NCBI GenBank assembly: GCA_963837955.1
Contig: CAWIPH010000002.1
Span: 2,112,001 to 2,176,000, forward strand
DNA: 64,000 bases
Direction of reading: 5' to 3'
Origin: an uncultured Verrucomicrobiae bacterium
Lineage (GTDB): Bacteria; Verrucomicrobiota; Verrucomicrobiia; Chthoniobacterales; JAFAMB01
Shown here: in pieces, positions 29,008-39,414 of the stretch
How positions within the stretch are numbered: position 1 is the stretch's first letter
Layout of the letters: every line of letters starts with the position of its first letter
Translations under genes and position numbers: made by a program
Notes under the pieces: generated by a model
Seen by the model: only the letters and a program-made list of their open reading frames with translations
The model's database searches: none
Told to the model about the DNA's origin: nothing

Positions 29008-30012
29008 CTATTTGTCATCTTTCATTTGCCTGATCACGGGAACCGGGGGCAACACGATTGCACTAGCGTGATCTGTTAGCCCGTCCAAGCGTTTCTTGAT
29101 TACCGAGGTGGCCGTGCGGGCCACCTCTTCCCACGGGATTCCAATCGTTGATAAGCCGAGAGTTTCTGCCACGGGTGCATTGTCGAACCCGATGATGACG
29201 GGAGGAGTAATCTTGGAGTTCTGATAACAGACCAGGGTCGCCTCGGCTAGCCGGTCGCTGCAACAAAACAGGGCATCGGGCCGAAGCGAACTAAGCGGCG
29301 CGGCAATGTTTCGCACGGCTGAGCGGAAAAACCATGTGCCTGCTTCAATGACTTGAGCTGCCGGGAAAACCTGTTGAAACCCATCGATTCGGCTTTGACT
29401 CCGCAAATCCGGACCAGGACCTCCGATAACCACGGGTCGACGCGGAGAGTATCGCGACAGAAGTTGACCAGCGGTAATCCCGCCACTGAAATCATCCACA
29501 CTGATCGAATCAGTAAAGAGGCTGCCAATCCCTGCGGGCGGCTTGTCGTGCAGGACCAGCGAGAAGCGATAGTCCGCGGAAAGATCATGCATTAGACGGG
29601 GTGACTCCCACAGGACAGGATAGACTTCCTCACGAACCTGCTTTGACGCCACGCTCCCAAACGCTACTTCGAAAGGTAGCGCCATCGTCTCCAGTTTGGT
29701 GATCAGCTGACGCAAAAGAAGATCGCCGAAGCTCCCAGAACGTTTGGCGCGACTGGCGAAAATCAAGAGAGCGGACCGCGGGGTTTTCTTCTGGCCCGCG
29801 ATGAAGCTCCCTGAACCGGCTCGCCGGATGATAAATCCGTCGTGTTCGAGTTCTGTCAGGAGGCGATGAGCAGTTTGATAGCTAACTTTAAATCTCTGGG
29901 AGATGTAACGAGCGGATACGAATCTCTGACCTGCTCGCCGAAATTCGTCTGAGACCATAATGCGCAAGGTCTCGCGAATCCTGTCCATTTCACCGGCCGT
30001 TCGTCGCCCCAT
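29008..30012 (-). CDS. GntR-HTH / LacI-type sugar-binding domain regulator
   Basis: SARYISQRFKVSYQTAHRLL...RRAGSGSFI HTH; C-terminal DALFCCSDRLA, IIGFDN, LSTI. Confidence 0.8.
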   Translation of the reverse strand: MGRRTAGEMDRIRETLRIMVSDEFRRAGQRFVSARYISQRFKVSYQTAHRLLTELEHDGFIIRRAGSGSFIAGQKKTPRSALLIFASRAKRSGSFGDLLLRQLITKLETMALPFEVAFGSVASKQVREEVYPVLWESPRLMHDLSADYRFSLVLHDKPPAGIGSLFTDSISVDDFSGGITAGQLLSRYSPRRPVVIGGPGPDLRSQSRIDGFQQVFPAAQVIEAGTWFFRSAVRNIAAPLSSLRPDALFCCSDRLAEATLVCYQNSKITPPVIIGFDNAPVAETLGLSTIGIPWEEVARTATSVIKKRLDGLTDHASAIVLPPVPVIRQMKDDK

Positions 30013-30094
30013 CCTGTCGCATAATCATATCAGTTTCCGTCGAGAGCAATCTCTTTTGGTTGCATCTCGTTCTGCCTTCATCAAATCTGTTAGT

Positions 30095-30313
30095 GTGCAG
30101 GCGAAGGCAGCAATCGGACTAGATGTCGGCGGAACCCGCGTCAAAGCAGTTGTCGTCGAAGATGAGGGCACAGTTCTTGACCAGGTCGTTCGCCGTTCCC
30201 TGGAAAATGGTATGGAACGCTGGGCCGAGGTCGCACAGGCTCTTGCGAAACTGGGGAGAGTGGGCGGGAGCGTTCGGAGCTGCTGCCCACGCGATGCATA
30301 TCTGCTGATCTAA
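30095..30313 (+). pseudogene. Truncated ROK-family protein (N-terminus only)
   Basis: AIGLDVGGTRVKAVVV ROK motif followed by a stop after about 72 codons. Confidence 0.6.
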
Positions 30314-30330
30314 AACGGCGTAACTATCAT

Positions 30331-31569
30331 ATGATCTCAACGAAATTCGCAGGATTAGGGGACGTAAAACGTCTCGGTCTCTCCGTCGGTTCGGCCGCAG
30401 AAAGATTGTTGTGCTTGGCCTATGTCGAAAAGCGTTTGATGTTCCTTTGCGCTGCGAAGATGGTGTCGGTACCGGAGCGGGATTTGAAATTGCTGCTCGG
30501 GCGTCTGCAATATAACGCAGCGGGCCGTTGTCACTCGCTCCGGAATAGGCTTCGCGAAATGCGCACCGCCAAGGTCCGCATCGACGGCGTTCCCAACGAG
30601 GCGCTAGCGATTCTTTTCGATGAAGCATTGTATGGCGACGAAAGCAGGGAAGTTGCGCAGGTCGGGTGGTGGATTCATCAGAATCTGCTCGCCAGCTACG
30701 AAGAGTATCTCGCTACGACCAATCCGCTGGCCGATGCGCCAACGTGCGAACTGATCGAAACCTTCCTTATCCGGCTGCGTGCCTCGGTCGCCTGCCTTAG
30801 TGCTCAACTTGATCAATTTGGTGTTCCTGAATCGGAAAGAAATTTGCCACAGAGACTTCAGAAGTTCGCTCATGCCGCCGGGGGAGTTGATGGATCCAGA
30901 GGCAGAGGGGAGGCCGCTGCCCGAGAAGAATCAATTGAACCGTTTGCGGTACCCCGAGTTGCCGGTCGTGAAGCTGGTCTGAATCGAGTCTGGGATTACG
31001 TGAAACCTCCAATGGAAGATGTCGCCGATCACTTTGCCTACATGTTGGGAATCAGGTTGTCGGAAATCAACGTTGCCGAGGGCCTGGCAGTTGTGCTGTG
31101 TGAAACGAAAGAGATGCCCTGGGAGTTTTATTGGGATATTTCTCGTCACCTTTGGGACGAAGTGCGGCACTCCATGATGGGCGAGGCGGGAATTGAGGCG
31201 ACCTTCGGTACGGCAGGCGCGATTCCCATGCGAGACTATGAGAGTGTTTACTGCATGGAAGCGCCGGCGCTGGAACAGTACGCCACTCTTGGACTCGAGA
31301 TTGAAGGCGCTCAGATGAAGTATCCGATAGGTAAACGAGGCGAGTGGGAGTTTTGTCGGCATGCGGTTAGACATCCTTTGATGGCGACCTTTCAGGATTT
31401 TGATTGGGCGGACGAGGTTCTGCACGTCACCATCGCGAAGCGACAACTGAACGAGTGGTTCCATAACGACGCGAGCGAGCTGAGCGCTTTGGCGGAGGAA
31501 GGTAAACAGAATCGGACGAAGGTGAAAGAACGTCATCCGCCAGTTCGAATTAAGCCTGGCGTAGCCTGA
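30331..31569 (+). CDS. Ferritin-like (DUF455-related) di-iron protein
   Basis: LSEINVAE, PWEFYWDISRHLWDEVRH and WADEVLH: paired ExxH motifs in the C-terminal half. Confidence 0.65.
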   Translation: MISTKFAGLGDVKRLGLSVGSAAERLLCLAYVEKRLMFLCAAKMVSVPERDLKLLLGRLQYNAAGRCHSLRNRLREMRTAKVRIDGVPNEALAILFDEALYGDESREVAQVGWWIHQNLLASYEEYLATTNPLADAPTCELIETFLIRLRASVACLSAQLDQFGVPESERNLPQRLQKFAHAAGGVDGSRGRGEAAAREESIEPFAVPRVAGREAGLNRVWDYVKPPMEDVADHFAYMLGIRLSEINVAEGLAVVLCETKEMPWEFYWDISRHLWDEVRHSMMGEAGIEATFGTAGAIPMRDYESVYCMEAPALEQYATLGLEIEGAQMKYPIGKRGEWEFCRHAVRHPLMATFQDFDWADEVLHVTIAKRQLNEWFHNDASELSALAEEGKQNRTKVKERHPPVRIKPGVA

Positions 31570-31739
31570 TGCAACGTCGCCTGATCCTCCTGGCTCAGGA
31601 ACCCAAGGCTACTGCGATTATGAGAGGCGAGAAGTAAGAAGTGATTGGTGAGAGGTGATAAATGAATGGTTGGTGCCTATCAGTGATCCCACTCACACTA
31701 ATCACGGACACGCTTCCTGAGCCGGGAGGATCAGGCTAC
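31561..31739. repeat. Repeat family A copy
   Basis: GTAGCCTGAT...GCCTGATCCTCCTGGCTCAGGAA ... TTCCTGAGCCGGGAGGATCAGGCTAC; supplies the TGA stop of the upstream gene. Confidence 0.85.
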
Positions 31740-31812
31740 GGTATTAGGGCTACTGCACCTAGCAGCCAATCATATCAGTTTTTGCATGGATTTATCTCAT
31801 AAAACTTCCTTC

Positions 31813-31935
31813 TCTTTCAATTTGAAAGAATATTTCTTGCTAAGCTTGCTTCGTTTCGCTTAGACGTCGACGTCCCCGTAAAATTGTTGAATAATTCTTT
31901 CCCATCCTAAATCAGAAAATCCGGTGTACCGGATT
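31813..31935. promoter_or_regulatory. Two perfect palindromes upstream of the sugar ABC operon (possible operators)
   Basis: TCTTTCAA-T-TTGAAAGA (31813-31829) and AATCCGGT-GT-ACCGGATT (31918-31935). Confidence 0.35.
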
Positions 31936-32020
31936 GTACCCCCCAGAATTATGAGAACACTTGTTCGAACGTTGAATTGCGCAGTCCTGTTTGGACTGCT
32001 TTCAGAAGGAGCAACCCCCC

Positions 32021-32977
32021 ATGCTTAAAAAATTGAGTCTCTCTCTGCCGATTCTCGGCGCCATCGCGGTCCTCTTTAGCCCGGTGGCTAGTTCGGCCGC
32101 AGACAAAGCGATCTACTATTGGGTTTCCCACGGCTCGCCGACTGATCCAGTCTGGACTTACTTCCTCCAAGGCGCGGAACAGTGGGGTAAGGACACTGGT
32201 AACGAGGTTCGCACCTCCTTCCATAGCGGCGATGTTCCGTCGCAACAGGAGGCTGTCCGCGCGGCCATCTCCGCTAAGGCTCGAGGGATCGTCACCAGTA
32301 CGCCTGATCCCGGAAGTCTGACCAAGGTCATTGCCGAGGCGCATGCCGCTGGCATTCCCGTCATCATCATGAACACCGAAGATAAGACCAGCGGTCGTGA
32401 TGCTTACGTCGGCGGCGACAACGTGGCGATAGGCCATCGTTGGGCGCAGTATTTGGTCGATCACAACTTCGTTAAGAAAGGCGATTTCGTCTGGATGCCC
32501 GTGGAAGTCCCGGGCGCGACCTACCAGACGCTCGAAACCCAAGGTATCGATACCGTGTTCAAACCGCTTGGCATAACCTACGAGATCACCGAAGCCAAAC
32601 TCGATCAGGCTGAGATTATCACCCGGATGTCGGACTACCTGACAGCCAATCACAGCAAGATTAAAGCGATCATCGGTCTCGGTGACCTGGTGACCGGAAG
32701 CATCAAGCGGGTGTTTGATCAGGTTAAAGTCAAGGCCGGTGAGATTCCGGTGGTCGGCTGGGGTAACTCGACCGATACCGCTCAGGAAGTCTTGGATGGT
32801 TACGTTAATGCGGCAATGTGGCAGGATCCGCAGGCGACCAGCTATCTGGCCCTCTCCCTGTCAGCGATGACAGCGAGCGGCATACCGCCCGGGTTCGATG
32901 TCAGCGTCGGCACGCTATACGAAAAGGACAAGGCTGCGACCTACCTGAAAATTATGCAGGGTACGGCGCACAAATAA
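32021..32977 (+). CDS. Sugar ABC transporter substrate-binding protein
   Basis: Signal peptide; WVSHGSPTDPVW, AYVGGDN, MWQDP. Confidence 0.87.
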   Translation: MLKKLSLSLPILGAIAVLFSPVASSAADKAIYYWVSHGSPTDPVWTYFLQGAEQWGKDTGNEVRTSFHSGDVPSQQEAVRAAISAKARGIVTSTPDPGSLTKVIAEAHAAGIPVIIMNTEDKTSGRDAYVGGDNVAIGHRWAQYLVDHNFVKKGDFVWMPVEVPGATYQTLETQGIDTVFKPLGITYEITEAKLDQAEIITRMSDYLTANHSKIKAIIGLGDLVTGSIKRVFDQVKVKAGEIPVVGWGNSTDTAQEVLDGYVNAAMWQDPQATSYLALSLSAMTASGIPPGFDVSVGTLYEKDKAATYLKIMQGTAHK

Positions 32978-33055
32978 TTGGGTGAAGTGTGCCGTCTCGT
33001 GTATCCCGACGATGTCGCCGCAGGCCCGTTTTGAACGCAACGACATCACCGGTCT

Positions 33056-34048
33056 ATGCGAGGCGGCACACTAACTTCGTTCCTGCAAAAGCTGGTCGCG
33101 AGACCCGAGTTCGGACCGTTTGTCCTGCTCGTGGGCGAAATTATCGCTTTCACCGCCCGATCGCCGGCATTCGTTTCGCCGGGTAACGTCAGCAATTTCC
33201 TGGCGTTCACCCCCGAGCTGGGGATGATCGCTCTGGGCATGACCCTGCTGATGATCTCCGGCGAATTCGATCTTTCCGTGGGCTCAGTGTTTGGCTTTAC
33301 GCCGATCGTGATGTGGACGTTCTACAACGCTCATATCACTTCTCTAGAGGTCGGCTTTCTGATCGCGATGGCGATCGCAGTGGTCATCGGTTTCGCTAAC
33401 GGTTGGTTGGTTACCCGCCTCAAGATCCCGTCATTCCTGGTCACGCTCGGCATGCTGCTGGTTGTGCGCGGAACCGCGCTCTACGTTACTAGCGGCTTCC
33501 CGCAAAGGACGTGGGCCGCCAACTCTCCCTTGATGGCGATTATCGTGGGCGAATTTTCGATCGGTGAGCTACGTATCCATACGTCGCTGCTCTGGTTCAT
33601 CCTGTTTGCGATCATCTTAGGCTATGTCCTGACACAGTCCAAAGCCGGCAATTGGATTCAGGCTGCCGGCGGCAATCCGGAGGCAGCGCGTGCGCGCGGT
33701 GTCCGCGTCGCACGAACCAAGGTTTTGCTGTTCATTTTGACGGCAGTCATCGCCGCCTATGCCGGTGTCACTAGCTCCATCCGAGTCTCGGCAGCGAACC
33801 CGAACAGTGGCACCCAATACGAGCTTGAGGTGATCGCGATGGTAGTAATTGGCGGCACAGCTCTCACCGGGGGTCGGGGCACGATCATCGGCACGGTCAT
33901 CGGCGTGCTGATCCTCCGGATGATGCAAAACGGCATTGTCATGATAGGCGTTCCAGGTCTCGCCTATAATATTTTTATCGGCGCGATTATACTGATCATG
34001 ATGGCGCTTCATTCCTGGCTCGAACGCAGGCACCATGCAGGGACTTAA
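33056..34048 (+). CDS. Sugar ABC transporter permease (RbsC type)
   Basis: GEFDLSVGS, IPSFLVTLG, GGNPEAARARG, ELEVIAMVVIGGTALTGGRG. Confidence 0.92.
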   Translation: MRGGTLTSFLQKLVARPEFGPFVLLVGEIIAFTARSPAFVSPGNVSNFLAFTPELGMIALGMTLLMISGEFDLSVGSVFGFTPIVMWTFYNAHITSLEVGFLIAMAIAVVIGFANGWLVTRLKIPSFLVTLGMLLVVRGTALYVTSGFPQRTWAANSPLMAIIVGEFSIGELRIHTSLLWFILFAIILGYVLTQSKAGNWIQAAGGNPEAARARGVRVARTKVLLFILTAVIAAYAGVTSSIRVSAANPNSGTQYELEVIAMVVIGGTALTGGRGTIIGTVIGVLILRMMQNGIVMIGVPGLAYNIFIGAIILIMMALHSWLERRHHAGT

Positions 34049-34052
34049 TTCT

Positions 34053-34808
34053 ATGGCAGACGAACTCGTTCGAATGGAGCACATCAACAAGTTTTTCGGC
34101 CGGGTGCAGGCCCTCAATGACGTCTCTTTATCCGTCCGCCGAAATGAAATCGTCGGTTTGCTGGGTGACAACGGCGCCGGCAAATCGACGCTGATAAAGA
34201 TCCTCTCAGGTGCGCTGAGGGCGGACAGCGGTGACATCTACATGCATGGCCGCAAGGTTGACATCCGCAATACGACCGACGCCATCGCCCAGGGAATCGA
34301 GACAATCTATCAAGACTCGGCGCTCGTGACGCAGCTCTCAATAGCGCGTAATCTGTTTCTGGGACGCGAGCCGGTTAAAGGGCCGCGTATCTTCGATCGA
34401 TTAGATCAGGATGCGATGAACGAGGTGGCGCGCCAGCTGCTCAAGCAAGTTGGCATCACGAAAGAGATTCCGCCCACCACTCCGGTCAATGCATTATCCG
34501 GTGGTGAGCGCCAGGCGGTGGCCATCGCTCGGGCGATGCACTTCGACAGCGATCTGATTATTCTCGACGAGCCGACGAACAATCTCGGTGTCGACGAGAC
34601 CAAAGGCGTACTGCGTTTCGTCCGCAGTGCCCGTGACTCGGGACATTCCTGCATCTTAATCGCCCATAATATTTATCACGTGTTTCAGGTGGTCGATCGT
34701 ATTGTCGTCCTGCGGCGAGGCAAGAAAGTCGCGGACGATATTGATCCGAAAAACACGACTATCGAGGCGGTTGAGAGCGTCATTACAGGTTTGACGATCA
34801 GCGGGTAA
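34053..34808 (+). CDS. Sugar ABC transporter ATP-binding protein
   Basis: GDNGAGKST, LSGGERQ, ILDEPT. Confidence 0.93.
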   Translation: MADELVRMEHINKFFGRVQALNDVSLSVRRNEIVGLLGDNGAGKSTLIKILSGALRADSGDIYMHGRKVDIRNTTDAIAQGIETIYQDSALVTQLSIARNLFLGREPVKGPRIFDRLDQDAMNEVARQLLKQVGITKEIPPTTPVNALSGGERQAVAIARAMHFDSDLIILDEPTNNLGVDETKGVLRFVRSARDSGHSCILIAHNIYHVFQVVDRIVVLRRGKKVADDIDPKNTTIEAVESVITGLTISG

Positions 34809-35019
34809 CAATTTCCGCGATCGGAGTACAGGAATGCAGAATCTGGAATTTAGAATTTAGAAGCTCTGAACGAAGCGGCCTTTGGTAGCGTGATCCGCTT
34901 CGAGGCAGGAACAGCGGGGGGATAGCCGTGAACGTGAGGGGTGATGGTGAAAAGTGATTGCAGTGAAAGCTATCGGTGAATGCCAATCGGCAAATCCAAT
35001 CACGAATCACCATCCACCC

Positions 35020-36120
35020 TTACGCCGCCCGGGGCTGGCGGAAGCCCCGCAGCCGGAGGGCGTTTGTAGCGACACGAATTTCGTTGCGGAGGGTAGTAAG
35101 CATTTCGCGAGTCACTTCGAGCTGTCCTGTCTTCCGCTGTGTCCATTGTTGAGCGGCTTCTCGCAGATTATGGTAAACGCTCGCGATGTAAGCGGCGGCG
35201 GCGTCAGTCAGCCCAGGATTGGCGAGTGTTGCCTCGAGTCGGCGCTGTGCTTCGGCGAGCTCTGCCAGGACAATCTTTTCCGTGGGAACTCGGCGAAGCT
35301 TACTGACGAGGCCGACCGTTGATAGAACCCAGATGATCCATTTCGTCGGATCGATTTGCCAAGGTTTCACTCCATTCCGGTAATCATGCTGAAACTCGTG
35401 GTGATAGTTATGATACCCTTCGCCGAAGGTAAGTATGGCGAGGAGCCACGAGTCGCGGGCGCTGCATTTTGAAGAGTACGGTTGCGCTCCGAGGTAATGA
35501 CAGAGCGAATTGATGCAAAAGGTGCAGTGTTGCAGCACCACAACGCGCAGCACGCCCGCTATCAGGAAAGCGCCGAGGGCCGCTTTCCAACCTCCCCACA
35601 CAAAGCCGATGCTCGCCGGGAGCGCAAAAGCAACCAGGACGGCAATCAAATGAATGTGGCGATGTTGCCAGGTCAGGAGGGGATCCTTTTTGAGATCAGC
35701 CACATTATCAAAAGGGGGTAGCGGCTTGAGTTTGAACATCAACCAGCCCATGTGGGCGTAAAAAAGACCTTTGGTGATACAATAAGGATCTTCATCGTGA
35801 TCCACATGCTTATGGTGGCTGCGATGTTCGCAGGACCAAAGGAGTACAGAATTCTCAAAAGCTCCAGCTCCGAAAACAACCGTGAAGAGCCGAACAATCC
35901 AGTGAGCCTGGAAAGTTAAATGAGAAAAAAGTCGGTGGTACCCCAGCGTAATGGAGAATCCGCACGCACCAAGCATCGCGAAGAACAGTGCGATCTGAAA
36001 CCAGTCGATACCGAAAAACCAAAGGTACAAAGGAACTGCCGTGACCGACAGAAACAGGGTACCGATTAGAAATGAGCTAACGAGCCAATTGACACGATGA
36101 AAGGGTATTTGCGGAAACAT
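35020..36120 (-). CDS. Acyl-CoA (delta-9-type) fatty acid desaturase
   Basis: His boxes GYHRLFSH, EHRSHHKH, GEGYHNYHH; INSLCH. Confidence 0.92.
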   Translation of the reverse strand: MFPQIPFHRVNWLVSSFLIGTLFLSVTAVPLYLWFFGIDWFQIALFFAMLGACGFSITLGYHRLFSHLTFQAHWIVRLFTVVFGAGAFENSVLLWSCEHRSHHKHVDHDEDPYCITKGLFYAHMGWLMFKLKPLPPFDNVADLKKDPLLTWQHRHIHLIAVLVAFALPASIGFVWGGWKAALGAFLIAGVLRVVVLQHCTFCINSLCHYLGAQPYSSKCSARDSWLLAILTFGEGYHNYHHEFQHDYRNGVKPWQIDPTKWIIWVLSTVGLVSKLRRVPTEKIVLAELAEAQRRLEATLANPGLTDAAAAYIASVYHNLREAAQQWTQRKTGQLEVTREMLTTLRNEIRVATNALRLRGFRQPRAA

Positions 36121-36279
36121 AGTTTCGGTTTGTTGTTGGACCGACGCTTTTTCCGGGTCGGCTCAAATGAGTACTCCTTTCGAGGACTTCGGCCGTCGTA
36201 CCAATTACCTTCAGCCTCGCCTCATCCGGTTCGAGTGTGCCATATTTTTTTAAACGCTTAGCTGAAGTGTTTTGTATAT

Positions 36280-36708
36280 GGCGCCGAATTACCTCTGATT
36301 TGGTCAGGGCGCGTTTCCTCGTTGGACCAAATCGTCCTGTCCTCGTGCTCGTCCTCGATTTGGCGTCGAATTACCCCTGATCGGGAGGGCGCGCGTCCTC
36401 GCGCGCCGTCATTGCTTCACCCAGCGACGAAAACCAGACGATGGAGCGCAGAGGTCACGATCATGGGTTAGGCGGCGGATTGCGGGGACGCAATCCCTCC
36501 CGGCGTGTCGTTGGACCAAATGTCTGTCGTCGTCCTCGTGCGCGTCCTCGATTTGCGTCGAATTACCCCTGATCGGGAGGGCGCGCGTCCTCGCGCGCCG
36601 TCGTTGCTTCACCCAGCGACGAAAACCAGACGATGAAGCGCAGAGGTCACGATCATGGGTTAGGCGGCGGATTGCGGGGACGCAATCCCTCCCGGCGTGC
36701 TCGTTGGA
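36280..36708. repeat. Tandem duplication of a ~192-bp palindromic element (family E) plus a degenerate partial copy
   Basis: Units start at 36363 and 36555; GGGAGGGCGCGCGTCCTCGCG ... TGCGGGGACGCAATCCCTCCC ends, separated by CGTCCTCGTGC-rich linkers. Confidence 0.88.
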
Positions 36709-36978
36709 TCGCTCCGGGAATCGACGACGAGGACGAAAATCCGCCAAAAGCACGATGTTGAACATCAGTAGGGCAGAGCTACTGGCGAGATTAGCCGCAT
36801 CGAGAAATCTGAAAAATATTCGGTTCCGGTGCAACTTGGCAAGGCATACGCAAAGAGGTGAATAACTCTTCCAAAAGAGTATTGGTCGAAACCAGGTTGC
36901 TGACCGAATTGCTAATTGCTGGTCGGCGATTAGACCACAGCACCGACTTGTCTGCCGATACAAGGCTTACGACATCCC

Positions 36979-37437
36979 ATGAGTTACGATAGTACGATAG
37001 ATACAACCTTGCACATCAACCGGGTGCGCTTCCTCCTCGGTCAATGTGCCATCATTCTTTTAGAACGCGGAGCGAAACACGACTCCTCGAAATTAGAAGA
37101 ACCGGAGAAAGCAATTTTTGATGCAGTCGGCAATCGACTCGCCGTCATCACCTACGAGGGAGAAGAATATAAGCATTCGCTCGCTGATCTGAAGAAGGCT
37201 CTTGATCATCACTACGCCCACAATCCCCATCATCCAGAGCACCATCCAAACGGTGTCGACGGTATGTCGCTTTTCGATCTCACTGAAATGTTAATGGACT
37301 GGAAAGCGGCCAGCGAGCGGCATCCGGGCGGGATGAACATTAGTCGCTCGATAGAAATTAGCAGCGAACGGTTTTCGGTGAGTGAACAGTTAAAAAAGAT
37401 CTTGATGAACACGGCGAAGGAGATCGGCTGGGTTTGA
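36979..37437 (+). CDS. DUF5662-like (HD-type, His-rich) protein
   Basis: HDSSKLEEPE, ALDHHYAHNPHHPEHH, GMSLFDLTEMLMDWKAASER. Confidence 0.7.
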   Translation: MSYDSTIDTTLHINRVRFLLGQCAIILLERGAKHDSSKLEEPEKAIFDAVGNRLAVITYEGEEYKHSLADLKKALDHHYAHNPHHPEHHPNGVDGMSLFDLTEMLMDWKAASERHPGGMNISRSIEISSERFSVSEQLKKILMNTAKEIGWV

Positions 37438-37497
37438 TTATCACAGAAGCGAACAGCCAAAGGCGACCGTCCAATTTATCTACTCTGATCTCCCGAT

Positions 37498-37758
37498 CTA
37501 ATAGCCATCATTAAAGGTACGGACGTAAGACGCCCGTGGAATTCCCTTTGTCAGATTGGCTATGTCGCAGTGCAGTCCATTACAAATCTTGCAGAGGACG
37601 GCGAAAGTCAGATTTCGTTCGCCCCGCTCGACTCCTCCCAAATAACTCCTGTTCAGTCCACAATCCTTGGCAAAGCCGTTTTGGCTAAACCCCAGAACCT
37701 TACGCTCAGCCTGAATTCTGCGGCCCAACCTTAGGAGCTCGACTTTGTCATTTGCCAT
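37498..37758 (-). CDS. XRE-family HTH regulator
   Basis: LGRRIQAERKVLGFSQNGFAKDCGLNRSYLGGVERGERNL. Confidence 0.85.
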   Translation of the reverse strand: MANDKVELLRLGRRIQAERKVLGFSQNGFAKDCGLNRSYLGGVERGERNLTFAVLCKICNGLHCDIANLTKGIPRASYVRTFNDGY

Positions 37759-38071
37759 ATTTGGAATCCTACTTATCACATAACCTTCTTCGGTCAGAAA
37801 CGATTGATTTGGCCCTCAGTGTCCCTTTGCGTTCAACGTTTGCCTGATTCCTGACGCAAGGGCGGACTCATTGGGCAAAGAGGCGTTTATCTCCTAGAGC
37901 TCAATCGCCCCGGTTCAGGAAGTTTCCCTATACTCTTTTTGAAGCGTTCCCCGTTGCTTTCCGTTATAGCGAAAGGTATGGTTCGTAGAAGGATCTTTCT
38001 GTGCTCGGGTTGGCTCAACGACTCCGGGTGAAGCGATGGCCCAAACGCGGGCGGACAGACCCGAGTCAGTA

Positions 38072-38983
38072 ATGAAACTTCGCCACCTGGAATACTTTGT
38101 CGCTGCTGCTGAGGAGTTGAATTTTACCCACGCCGCCGATCGGCTGCACGTGTCGCAACCGCCCTTCAGCAAACAAATCCAAGACCTGGAGGGAGAGCTC
38201 GGAGTTAACCTGTTCCAGCGAGAACGGAAAGGAGTAGCACTGACCGCAGCTGGAAAAGCGTTTTTGATTGATGCGCGCGGGATCTTGGAGGCCTGCGATC
38301 AGGCTGTGAAAAAAGCCCAGCGCATCAACAGAGGAGAGCTCGGAGAGTTAGCTGTTGGTCATATGGCGGCCTTAACCCACGAGTTTCTAGGCCCAGCACT
38401 TGAGCTATGGCAGAAGGTTTCGCCCGGAATCGTCATCGACTGCGTAGAGATGGACCCGGAAGCCCAAGAACGCGCGTTGCTGGACGGGCGCATCGCAGTG
38501 GGCATCTTAGTCCTGAGCAATCGGCCAATCCTTGAATTGTTGAGAGTTCAGCTGCTGATGGAGCACCCGGTCACGGTCGCATTGCCAAAATCCCACCCGC
38601 AAGCAGTCTTACCGAAAATCCGTTTGCCGGTTCTCAAAGAACAACCTTTCATTGGCTTAAATCGGATGTACCCCGCGTACAGTGATTGGTTGCACACCGT
38701 ATGCCAGCAATCAGGGTTCGCTCCACGCATTGTGAGAGAAGCAGACGGGGCGGCAAGTGCCCTCGCTCTGGTCGCGGCTGGCTTTGGCGTCGCCCTAGTG
38801 AGCCAGCCGATTAAAAAGTTTCCCGCCAGACATGTTGTTTTCAGAGATTTGGTGGCGCCGCGACCCGTAAGGATACCGCTCGGGGCCGTATGGAAGAAAA
38901 ACGGACTCTATTCCGGAATCGTTTCTAAGTTTGTGACGACCTTAACCCAAGTCTGCGCCGCCAACGGCCCGACTGGTTCGTGA
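38072..38983 (+). CDS. LysR-family transcriptional regulator (HcaR/AlsR type)
   Basis: MKLRHLEYFVAAAEELNFTHAADRLHVSQPPFSKQIQDLE. Confidence 0.93.
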   Translation: MKLRHLEYFVAAAEELNFTHAADRLHVSQPPFSKQIQDLEGELGVNLFQRERKGVALTAAGKAFLIDARGILEACDQAVKKAQRINRGELGELAVGHMAALTHEFLGPALELWQKVSPGIVIDCVEMDPEAQERALLDGRIAVGILVLSNRPILELLRVQLLMEHPVTVALPKSHPQAVLPKIRLPVLKEQPFIGLNRMYPAYSDWLHTVCQQSGFAPRIVREADGAASALALVAAGFGVALVSQPIKKFPARHVVFRDLVAPRPVRIPLGAVWKKNGLYSGIVSKFVTTLTQVCAANGPTGS

Positions 38984-38992
38984 AAAACGAAA

Positions 38993-39141
38993 GTAGCCTG
39001 ATGCTTCCTCCTTCGTTTCCCCCCAAAACTACGGCGGACAAGCCAGCCTCAGAGAGCCAATGTGGTTGGCTTGGGGTATCGAGAATCGACGGTCTTGCAC
39101 TCTCATAGCCCTGGGTTCCTGAGCCCGGAGGATCAGGCTAC
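38993..39141. repeat. Repeat family A copy with an internal CCTCCTTCG..ACTACGGCGGACAAGCC insert
   Basis: GTAGCCTGATGCT ... CCTGAGCCCGGAGGATCAGGCTAC termini; a similar insert is present at about 45601-45646. Confidence 0.8.
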
Positions 39142-39164
39142 ACGCACAAACGAACGCGCGGTTC

Positions 39165-39401
39165 CTAATCGGTTCTGCGAAGCGGAAACGCTTCGCCCGC
39201 CTTGAATCCGGGATCCTTGCGGTAATCAAGCGTAAGCCAGCTTTTAGTGAGAGAGCTTCCGAAGGAGCCGCAGTAGGGATTCTTCTTGAATCTCAGTCTT
39301 TCGAACGGCCCCCGAAACTCAGAAGGCACCAATTCGATAATGAGACGATATTGGGCGCCGTATTTCTCGGTCGATAAGACCTTTGCGTGAATCGATGTCA
39401 T
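39165..39401 (-). CDS. Small hypothetical protein
   Basis: 78-aa ATG-started ORF with protein-like composition; no family recognised. Confidence 0.5.
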   Translation of the reverse strand: MTSIHAKVLSTEKYGAQYRLIIELVPSEFRGPFERLRFKKNPYCGSFGSSLTKSWLTLDYRKDPGFKAGEAFPLRRTD

Positions 39402-39414
39402 GTTAGTAGCCGCC

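Noticed and set aside
36409..36963. 184-aa ORF with an internal repeat
   Set aside because: Derived from the 192-bp tandem DNA repeat; no protein motif recognised.
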